Below, one piece after another: positions 39,680 through 50,308 of a stretch of 64,000 nt of DNA (positions are counted from its first letter, which is position 1; every line of letters begins with the position of its first letter). The notes beneath the pieces were generated by a model, which was given only the letters and a program-made list of their open reading frames with translations, was not told the origin of the DNA and did not search any database. The stretch lies in contig JAVHYY010000086.1 in assembly GCA_035221665.1 (NCBI GenBank), positions 372,001-436,000 of the forward strand, given 5' to 3'. The translations under genes and the position numbers were made by a program. The DNA is from Okamejei kenojei. Taxonomy: Eukaryota.

Positions 39680-42600
39680 TAATTAACACTATTAGGGTAT
39701 AAAATGCCATGTGAGATGCGGTTAGGTGGGGAGTTGGATGGGTTTGGCGGGGGTTGGTGGGAGAGATTTCCAACTGTGGCCCGCTATATATGCGACTTAA
39801 CCCAAGAGACCTGCATGTCCGTGGCAATACGGAGAGGCCCAGGGAGCCGTTGGTGAGAGGGGGGAGTACCTGGAGCTGTGAGTATAAAACACATCGCGGG
39901 GCTTGCTTTCACAGAGGCCCAGAGCCGTTGGTGAGAGGGGGGAGTACCTGGAGCTGTGAGTACAACCAAATCGGCAACGTTCCATCTCACTTCCAGAGAA
40001 GGAATCTGGTGAAGCCTCAGATTGGTGGAAGAGGACCCGAGGAAGCAGCTGATTGGGTGCAACCCCGAGTTTACAATTTTACATTTCTGCCTTCTGGGAG
40101 TTAGGGATTCTGGGAGTTAGGCATTCTGGGAGTTAGGGACTCTGGGAGTTAGGGATTCTGGGAGTTAGGGATTCTGGGAGTTAGGGACTCTGGGAGTTAG
40201 GGACTCTGGGAGTTAGGGATTCTGGGAGTTAGGGATTCTGGGAGTTAGGGATTCTGGGAGTTAAGGACTCAGTATTTAGTAGTAAAGTTTAAAGGATATG
40301 TTTTTATGTTTTTTTTTAATATTTAATACAGAGTAATTTGGGAGTAAGGTATGGCAGTGGAGATTGGCCCCGTGGTTTGTTCAGCCTGCAACATGTGGGA
40401 GATCAGGGAGATGGTCGGTGTCCCTGGTGACTACAATTGCAGGAAGTGTGTCCAGCTGCAGCTCCTGGCAGACCGCATTGAACGATTGGAACTGCGGCTG
40501 GATTCATACTGGAGCATCCACGATGCGGAGAGAGTCGTGGATAGCACGTACAGTGAGTTGGTCACACCACAGGCAAAAGGTAAGAGGACCAAAAGGGAAC
40601 GGGTGGCCAATAGCCAGCAAAGCAGTAGGCAGTTAGTGCAGGAGTCCCCTGCGGTCATCTCCCTCCTAAAACAGGTATACCATTTTGGATACTGTTGAGG
40701 GGGATGGCTCATCAGGGGAATGCAGCAGCAGCAAGTTCATGGCAACATGGGTGGCTTCTGCAGCACATGAGGGGGGAAAAAAGAGGGGAAGGGCAATAGT
40801 AATAGGGGATTCAATTGTCAGGGGAATAGATAGGCGTTACTGCGGCCGCAAACGAGACTCCAGGATGGTATGTTGCCTCCCTGGTGCAAAGGTCAGGGAT
40901 GTCACTGAACGGCTGCAGAACATTCTGGAGGGGGAGGGTGAACAGCCAGTTGTCGTGGTACATGTTGGCACCAACGATATAGGTAAAAAAAGGGATGAGG
41001 TCCTACAAGGTGAATTTAGGGGAGCTAGGAGATAAACTTAAAAGTAGGACCTCAAAGGTAGTAATCTCCGGATTACTACCAGTACCACGGGCCAGTCAGA
41101 GTAGAAATAGGAGGATATTGCAAATGAATACGTGGCTTGAAAAGTGGTGCAAGGGGGAGGGATTCAAATTTTTAGGGCACTGGGACCAGTTCTGAGGGAG
41201 GTGGGACCGGTACAAACAGGACGGTTTGCACCTGGAATGGAATGGAACCAATGTTCTTGGGGAGTGTTTGCTAGTGCTGTCGGGGAGGATTTAAACTAAT
41301 GTGGCAGGGGGATGGGTACAAGAGCAGAGAGGCAGGTGGGTGTAAAATGAGGGTAGAAGCAATAGGTAGCAAGGTGAAAAGTAAAAGTGGCAGGCAGACA
41401 AAACCAGGGCAAAAAAATCAAAAAGGGCCACTTTTCAGCAAAATTGTATAAGGGGTAAGTGCGTTGTAAAGACAAGCCTGAAGGCTTTGTGTCTCAATGC
41501 AAGGAGTATTCGTAATAAGGTGGACGAGTTGAACGTGCAGATAGATATTAATGATTATGATATAGTTGGGATCACGGAGACATGGCTCCAGGGTGACGTA
41601 GGCTGGGACCTGAACATCCAGGGATATTCAATATTCAGGAGGGATAGAGAGGAAGGAAAAGGAGGTGGAGTAGCGTTGCTGGTTAGGGAGGAGATTAACG
41701 CAATGGAAAGGAAGGACATTAGCTTGGAGGATGTGGAATCGGCATGGGTAGAGCTACAAAACACTAAGGGGCAGAAAACGCTGGTGGGTGTTGTGTACAG
41801 GCCACCTAACAGTAGCAGTGAAGTTGGGGATGGTATCAAACATGAAATTAGAAATGCGTGCGACAAAGGCAAAACAGTTATAATGGGTGACTTCAATCTA
41901 CATATAGATTGGGTGAATCAAATTGGCAGGGGTGCTGAGGAAGAGGATTTTTGGAATGTATGAGGGATAGTTATCTAAATCAACATGTAGAGGAACCAAC
42001 GAGAGAGCAGGCTATTTTAGACTGGGTTTTGAGTAATGAGGAAGGGGTAGTTAGCCGTCTTGTTGTACGTGCCCCCTTGGGCAAGAGTGACCATAATATG
42101 GTTGAGTTCATTAGGATGGAGAGTGACATTGTTAATCAGAAACAATGGTTCTGAACTTAAGAAAGGTAACTTTGAGGGTATGAGACGTGAATTGGCCAAA
42201 GATTGACTGGCAATTAATTCTAAAAGGGTTGACGGTGGATATACAATGGAACACATTTAAAGACTGCATGGATGAACTACAAAAATTGTTCATCCCAGTT
42301 TGGCAAAAGAATAAATCGGGGAAGGTAGTGCATCCGTGGATAACAAGGGAAATCAGGGATAGTATCAAAGCAAAGGATGATGCGTACAAAGTAGCCAGAA
42401 AAAGCAGCATACCAGAGGACTGGGAGAAATTCAGAGACCAGCAGAGGAGGACAAAGGGCTTAATTAGGAAAGGAAAAATAGATTATGAAAGAAAACTGGC
42501 AGGGAACATAAAAACTGACTGCAAAAGTTTTTATAGATATGTGAAGAGAAAGAGGTTAGTTAAAACAAATGTAGGTACCTTGCAGTCAGAAACAGGTGAG

Positions 42601-44368
42601 TTGATCATGGGGAACAAGGATATGGCGGACCAATTGAATAACTACTTTGGTTCCATATTCACTAAGGAAGACATAAATAATCTGCCGGAAATAGCAGGGG
42701 ACTGTGGGTCAAAGGAGGAATTGAGTGAAATCCAGGTCAGTCGGGAAGTGGTGTTGGGTAAATTGAATAGATTAAAGGCCGATAAATCCCCAGGGCCAGA
42801 TAGGCTGCATCCCAGAGTACTTAAGGAAGTAGCTCAGGAAATAGTGGATGCATTAGTGATAATCTTTCAAAACTCTTTAGATTCTGGAGTAGTTCCTGAC
42901 GATTGGCGGGTAGCAAATGTAACCCCTCTTTTTAAGAAGGGAGGGAGAGAGAAAAACGGGAAATTACAGACCAGTTAGTCTAACATCGGTAGTGGGAAAA
43001 CTGCTAGAGTCAGTTATTAAAGATGGGATAGCAGCACATTTGGAAAGTGGTGAAATCATTGGACAAAGTCAGCTTGGATTTACGAAAGGTAAATCATGTC
43101 TGACGAATCTTGTGGAATTTTTCGAGGATGTAACTAGTAGCGTGGATAAGGGAGAACCAGTGGATGTGGTATATCTGGACTTCCAGAAGGCTTTCGACAA
43201 GGTCCCACATAAGAGATTAGTATACAAACTTAAAGCATACGGTATTAGGGGTTCAGTATTGATGTGGATAGAGAACTGGCTGGCAAACAGGAAGCAAAGA
43301 GTAGGAGTAAACGGTTCCTTTTCACAATGGCAGGCAGTGACTAGTGGGGTACCGCAGGGCTCAGTGCTGGGGACCACAGCTTTTTACAATATATATTAAT
43401 GACCTGGATGAGGGAATTGAAGGCAATATCTCCAAGTTTGCGGATGACACTAAGCTGGGGGGCAGTGTTTAGCTGTGAGGAGGATGCTAGGAGACTGCAA
43501 GGTGACTTGGATAGGCTGGGTGAGTGGGCAAATGTTTGGCAGATGCAGTATAATGTGGATAAATGTGAGGTTATCCACTTTGGTGGCAAAAACAGGAAAG
43601 CAGACTATTATTTAAATGGTGGCCGATTAGGAAAAGGGGAGATGCAGCGAGACCTGGGTGTCATGGTACACCAGTCATTGAAAGTAGGCATGCAGGTGCA
43701 GCAGGCAGTGAAAAAAGCGAATGGTATGTTAGCTTTCATAGCAAAATGGATTTGAGTACAGGAGCAGGGAGGTTCTACTTCAGTTGTACAGGGTCTTGGT
43801 GAGACCACACCTGGAGTATTGCGTACAGTTTTGGTCTCCAAATCTGAGGAAGGACATTATTGCCATAGCGGGAGTGCAGAGAAGGTTCACCAGACTGATT
43901 CCTGGGATGTCAGGACTGTCTTATGAAGAAATACTGGATAGACTCGGTTTATACTCTCTGGAATTTAGGAGAATGAGAGGGGATCTTATAGAAACTTACA
44001 AAATTCTTAAGGGGTTGACAGGCTAGATGCAGGAAGATTGTTCCCGATGTTGGGGAAGTCCAGGACAAGGGGTCACAACTTAAGGATAAGGGGGAAATCC
44101 TTTAAGACCGAGATGAGAAAGACTTTTTTCACACAGAGAGTGGTGAGTCTCTGGAACTCTCTGCCACAGAGGGTAGTTGAGGCCAGTTCATTGGCTATAT
44201 TTAAGAGTGAGTTGGATGTGGCACTTGTGGCTAAGGGGATCAGAGGGTATGGAGAGAAGGCAGGTACGGGATACTGAGTTGGATGATCAGCCATGATCAT
44301 ATTGAATGGCGGTGCAGGCTCGAAGGGCTGAATGGCCTACTCCTGCACCTAATTTCTATGTTTCTATG
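39680..44368 (+). mobile_element. Near full-length CR1 LINE: repeat-containing 5'UTR, ORF1 (Zn finger plus SGNH esterase), ORF2 (APE plus RT), (TTTCTATG)2 tail
   Basis: ORF1: CSACNMW...CRKC, IGDSIVRG, HVGTND. ORF2: CLNARSI, GITETW, YRPPN, MGDFN, SDHN, KSPGPD, YLDFQKAFDKVPH, GVPQGSVLG, FADD. Several frameshifts. The 5' boundary is approximate. Confidence 0.93.
40093..40268 (+). repeat. Minisatellite, 11 x 16 bp TCTGGGAGTTAGGGA(T/C), in the CR1 5'UTR
   Basis: Eleven contiguous units counted directly; nine contain TTAGGG. Confidence 0.95.
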
Positions 44369-44900
44369 TAATACTGCAGCTCTGCATTCCGACTTGCCAT
44401 CATCAAGGCTACTTAAAACTTTTGCAATTATGAATTGTTTATTGATCCCCCATGTATTCGCATGTATTTAGAAACTTTAATTCTGACACCTCCTTCGAAC
44501 CCCAGTTTTTGAAACATTTTAGTTTTGGATTTATTACGCGGCTTGGAAACGGATATGTGGAAAGGGACAAGGTGCAGGTTGGAAAACTCTGCCTTAACAA
44601 TTGAAAACACAAATGTACAGCGAGCTGCTACTGAACATATTTCAAAATGGGATGTCACGGACAATAGAACATAGAATAGTGGAGCTCATGAATTGCACAT
44701 TTCTGATAGAGAGAGGCAGAGGAGATGCAGGGAGCATGGTTCCGCAACGCGCCGCGTCTAGAACCAAAGGTGTGAGGCACTGGATTAAGGGGCAATATAC
44801 TGAAATCAAACATATACGTTTATACTGAGGTGTTATCTCTAACACGAACAAACTTGGAGGACCAAATCTGAACATATTGACAGAAGGATTGTTTCCATAT

Positions 44901-46442
44901 CATAGAAACATAGAAACATAGAAAATAGGTGCAGAAGTAGGCCATTCGGCCCTTCGAGCCTGCACCGCCATTCAATATGATAATGGCTGATCATCCAACT
45001 CAGTATCCTGTACCTGCCTTCTCTCCATACCCCCAGATCCCTTTAGCCACAAGGGCCACATCTAACTCCCGCTTAAATGTAGCCAATGAACTGGCCTCAA
45101 CTACTTCCTGTGGCAGAGAATTCGAGAGACTCACCACTCTCTGCGTGAAAAATGTTTTCCTCATCTGGGTCCTAAAGGAATTCCCCCTTATCCTTAGAAT
45201 GTGACCCCCTGGTTATGGACCTCCGCAACACCGAGAACAATCTTCCTGCATCTAGCCTGTCCAACCCCTTAAGAATGTTGTAAGTTTCTATAAGATCGCC
45301 CCTCAATCTTCTAAATTCTAGCGAGTACAAGCCGAGTCTATCCAGTCTTTCCTCATATGAAAGTCTTGACATCCCAGGAATCAGTCTGGTGAACCTTCTC
45401 TGTACCCCCTCTATGGCAAGACTGTATTTCCTCAGATTTGGAGACCAAAACTGTACGAAATACACCTGGTGTGGTCTCACCAAAACCCTGTACAACTACA
45501 GTAGAACCTCCCGGCTCATATACTCACATCCTTTCGCTATGAATTCTAACATGCCACTTGCTTTCTTCACTGCCTGCTGCACCTGCAAGCCTACTTTCAA
45601 TGATTGGTGTACCATGACACCTAGGTCTCGTTGCATCTCCCCTTTTCCTAATCTGCCAACATTCAGATAATAGTCTACCCTCCTGTCTTTGCCACAAAAG
45701 TAGATAACCTCACATGTATCCACATTATACTGCATCTCCCTTGCATTTGCCCACTCACCCAGCCTATCCAAGTCACCTCGCAGCCTCCTATCATCCTCCT
45801 CACACCTAACTGCACCACCCCGCTTTGTGTCATCTGCAAACTTGGAGATGTTACATTCAATTCCCTCGTCCAAATCATTAATATATATTGTAAATTGCTG
45901 GGGTTCCGGCACTGAGCCTTGCGGTACCCCACTAGTCACTGCCTGCCATTCTGAATAGGCCCCGTTTACTCCTACCCTTTGCTTCCTGTCTGCCAGCCAG
46001 TTCTCTATCCACATCAATACTGAACCCCCAATACCGTGTGCTTTAAGTTTGTATACGAATCTGTTATGTGGGACCTTGTCGAAAGCCTTCTGAAAGCTTA
46101 GATATAAAACATCTACTGGTTCTCCTTATCCACTCTACTAGTTACATCCTCGAAAAATTCTATAAGATTCGTCAGACATGAATTACCTTTCGTAAATCCA
46201 TGCTGACTTTGTCCAATGATTTCACCACTTTCCAAATGTGCTGCTAACCAATCTTCAATAACTGATCTAGCAATTTCCCCATTACCGATGTTAGACCAAC
46301 TGGTCTGTAATTCCCCGTTTTATCTCTCCCTCCTTTTTTTAAATGTGGGGTTACATTAGCTACCCTCCAATCCTCAGGAACTACTCCAGAATCTAAGGAG
46401 TTTTGAAAAATTATCACTAATGCATCCACTATTTCTGTGGCT
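44901..46442 (-). mobile_element. 5'-truncated CR1 LINE of the same subfamily as 39680-44368
   Basis: (CATAGAAA)3 tail at 44901; RT segments DALVIIFQNSLDSGVVPEDW, GVPQGSV and KFADDTK. Confidence 0.92.
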
Positions 46443-47319
46443 ATATCAAGACAGTATTACCTGTGAAGCATGTGGCTTCCTCATCAGCGTATTATCACAC
46501 TTAGCAGTAGCAAACACACTGAAATAAATTGTCTTTATCCTATCCGTTTCCCTCCTCTACCTTTGCAACTGATACTGTCCACCAAAAGGATTAAGAATAA
46601 TGTCGCATCGAGATCGGGTCACCAATCTGTCTTGTTCACTCGCTGTCTTTATCAAAACCGTGTTAAAATATATATATCCATCAGATCACTGACAGCGAAG
46701 TGAGTGGTGCACAGTGCAGTTCCGTTTGGAATCAAATGCTCTTTGATGCACTTTCCATTCCCCTGTTTCACCATGCCTTCCTGGAGTTGACGCAGAATAT
46801 TATCCTATATAATTAAAACTGTAATCATGGATGTGTGCGTGTGTCTGTATAATAACATCTGATCGACAAAACTCCGCCCTAATGGTAAAACAATTACATA
46901 TTTCTACAGAGTATTATCCCGTGGAATCCAACATTGTCTTATCTGAAAAAAAATCATGTTTTATTTCTCGAGTAATTTATGCAAATGTTCACAAATCGGA
47001 AATATATTTTTTCGCAGTCCGCTCGCCGTGGCCCGGCCCGTTCGAGGCAGCGCCGCCTGCTCAAATGATGCCGCAAATAGGAAAGCCCAGCTCCAAATGG
47101 CGGGGGACACTCGGAAACCCCAGTTCCAAAAGGCAGCAAGCTCCGCTCTCCTTATCTCTGCCTTACCCCTTTCCCTGGAGCGTGCAGCATGGAGCAACGG
47201 AACATTGCTATCGGGAAATTGTCCTCCGATGTAACAACCCCTCCCCACAGGAACTGGATTGAAGCCGCTGAACGCGCAGTACTTGGTTGACGCCCGCCCC
47301 GCTCTCTGCTGCCAGATTC

Positions 47320-47895
47320 CCAATCCCCTCGTCCTTCCCCTCTCCTCCTCTCCTATCCTCATCTACTCCTCCCAACCTCCTCCTGTCCCCACCCTCTTCT
47401 CCCCCTCCATCTCCTCTCCCCTTACTCCTCCTCTGCCCCCTGATCCTCTCCGCCTCGTCCTGCAATCCTGGTAAACCTCTCCCCCTCCTCTTCTCACCCC
47501 TCGTCCTCACCCCATCCTCCGCCCCTCTCCCCACGTTTCCCCCTTGTCCCCCGCCACCTCCTCCTTCTCTTCCCCTTCTCCTCCTGCTCGTATCCTCCCC
47601 TCCTCCTCTCCACCCCTCCTTCTCTTCCCCCTTCCTCTCCCCCTCCACACCCCCCTCGTCTCCCCTGCTCTCGCCCTCTCCCTCCTGCCACCCACTTTCT
47701 CCTCCCCTCTACCCTCCTTCCTCCTCTCCCACCACTCTCCCACTCTCTCCCCCGCTTCCCCACCTTACCTCCGCCTCCTCATGCCCCTCTAACCTCCCTG
47801 ACCTCTGTCCTCTCTTAATCCTCTTCCCCACTTCACACCTGTCCCATCCTCTCCCCACTCACTCTCCTCCCCCTCACCCCCCCCTTCCCTCTCCC
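47320..47895 (+). repeat. Polypyrimidine (C/T-rich) low-complexity tract
   Basis: About 570 nt of mostly CCTC/CTCC/CCCT; the Pro/Ser- and Gly/Arg-rich ORFs here are artefacts of the composition. Confidence 0.85.
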
Positions 47896-47899
47896 TGGT

Positions 47900-48926
47900 A
47901 AGTGAACCCCAAGAAGACTGTTGGCCCAGATGGAGTACCTGGTAAGGTGCTCAAAGCGTGTGCACACCAGCTCATCGTCATCTTCACCAGAATCTTCAAT
48001 CTCTCCCTGGACCAGGCAGTTATCACGTCCTGCCTAAAATCAGCCACAATCGTCCCAGTGCCGAAGAAGTCCCCCATCACCACCCTAAACAATTACCGTC
48101 CTGTGGCCCTCACTCCGGTAATCACGAAGTGCTTCGAGAGATTGGTCCTCCAGCACATCAAGGACTATCTCCCTCCAGACTTCGACCCCCACCAGTTCGC
48201 CCATCGCCCAAACACGTCCACAGAAGATGCCATTACCGTAGCTCTACACTCTGTGCTGACCCACCTGGAGCTGGGGCAGAGCTACGTCCGGATGCTCTTT
48301 GTGGATTACAGCTTTCAATACTATCAGCATTCAATACTATCATCCCGGACATTCTCATCGACAAACTGGTCACTCTCGGCCTCCCCACTCTCACATGTGC
48401 CTGGATAAAGGACTTCCTCACCAACCGGCCCAGACGGTGAGATTCGAACTCCACCTCTCCTCCGCTCGCATGTTAAATACCGTCTCCCCACAGGGCTGTG
48501 TGCTAAGCCCCCTCTTATACTGTCTATGCACCCACGACTGTAGTCCGGTCCACAACAACAACCGAATCGTCAAGTTTGCTGACGACACTACAGTAGTCGG
48601 ACTCATCTCAAGGGGAGACGAGGCAGCCTAAAGAGAGGACGTCCTGAAGTTGACAGCCTGGTGCTCAGAAAACAACCTTCTCTGAATACCAAGAAAACCG
48701 AAGAGCCTGTTGACATACTGCATTACAGCATCGTACGGCAGCTGCACCGTGGCAGACAGGGAGATGCTTCAGAGGGTAGTTAGGGCAGCACAGACGATTA
48801 TCGGCTGCCCTCTCCCTTCTCTGATGGACATGTACACCTCCCGCTGCCTCAGCAGGGCGAAGAACATTATCAAGGACAGCTCCCATCCTGCATTTGCCAT
48901 GTCCAACCTGCTGCCCTCAGGGGGGC
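47900..48926 (+). mobile_element. Rex1/Babar-like LINE RT fragment with internal deletion
   Basis: [58 protein letters not shown] and IIKDSSHPA motifs. Confidence 0.85.
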
Positions 48927-50308
48927 GTATATATATATATCCAATATATATCCAATATATATTGGATATATATATCCAATATGTAGCCCATATTGGATAT
49001 AGGAATCCTATTTATTCATTCTATTTATCCATTGTTGTTTATAGATATGTATATAGCGCCGCAGAAACTGTGCACATTATCCCCCCCCCCCTTTTTTGTT
49101 TTTGCACTGAGTAGAAGCAGCTTTTAATCTCATTGTACATCTGTATAGTGACAATAAAAAGGCATTCTCATTCTCATACCCTCCGACTTCCCCCCTCTTT
49201 CCTCTCCCCTCTCTGCCTCTTCTCTCCAATAGCATGGCGGGTGGATCTTCTGTGCATGTGGGGCGTCGTTTAGTGTGTGTGTGTGGGCAGGGGGTGGTTA
49301 GTGTGTGTGTGACGCCGCTGGCCGCCCCACCCCACCGCAACCGCGCGTTGAGGGGATGATAACCAACAGGCCCCCCTTTTGCTAGTAATTTGTAAACTAT
49401 GTATGAAACCCAGCAGATGGTGCCGAACAATGGCTGCCTCTGCCAACGTTCTGTCTCCTCTTTTTCCTCTTTGTTGTTTTTAGTCTTTGTGAAATGGATG
49501 TTTTATTGTACCATTAGGTTTGTATTATGTGGGGGTAGGGGAGGAGATTTTTTTTGTATCTCTTTCCTCGACGGAAATGCGATTCTTTTTGGAATCGTAT
49601 CTCCATCCGCATTGCGGCCTCACATTTCAGGTGTTGCGGTCCCTTTGTCAGGGATCGACCTCGAGAGCTCCATCCGCGGGAGCCTGCGGACTTTACATCG
49701 TGCAGCTCGTGGTCCCTTGTTAGGGACTGACCGTGGGAGCTCCAAGCCGCAGGAGCTTCGACCGATCACACGCGGGAGCTTCGATCGCCCCAACGCGGAA
49801 TCTTCGATCGCCGGCTACGGGGGCTTCAATCGCCTCGACTGCGCAAGGATCGACTTACCCGACTGCGGGACATAATGAGGAAAGAAGATTCGACTATATT
49901 GCCTTCTATCACAGTGGGGGATGTGGGGGAGCTGGTGTGGTGGCTGTTTATGCTAATGTTTATGTAGTTGCGTGTCCCGTTGCTTTTTTTGTAATGATTG
50001 CATGGCAACATCAAATGTTTTTACATTTTCGGCTAATAAATTGTCTACGATTGCGATTCCGATTAGAATGTTCATAGAGGTTCATCTAGCCGATGTGCCA
50101 TTTATGATTACACGCACGACTTCATATTTAACAACTACAAGTGTGCAAATTTCAAATGCAAGTGATTAATGTCATTGGGGATACGGTTAATTGTTCCAGG
50201 CATGCTTCAGTTGCACTATAATTAGCCCAAGTCTGAGATGGTTCGGCAAGTGTTGCAATCACCGTCACTCAGTCACACAGCACCGACACCATTTGACCTT
50301 GCAACAGA

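Noticed and set aside
40093-40268. Regular repeat array as CRISPR or interstitial telomere
   Set aside because: Units are contiguous with no unique spacers, the context is eukaryotic, and the TTAGGG hexamers are not tandem.
46710-46750. Isolated CACAGTG as a possible orphan RSS
   Set aside because: No convincing nonamer and no adjacent V, D or J coding sequence.
47208-47901. Pro/Ser- and Gly/Arg-rich ORFs
   Set aside because: Translations of a low-complexity pyrimidine tract.
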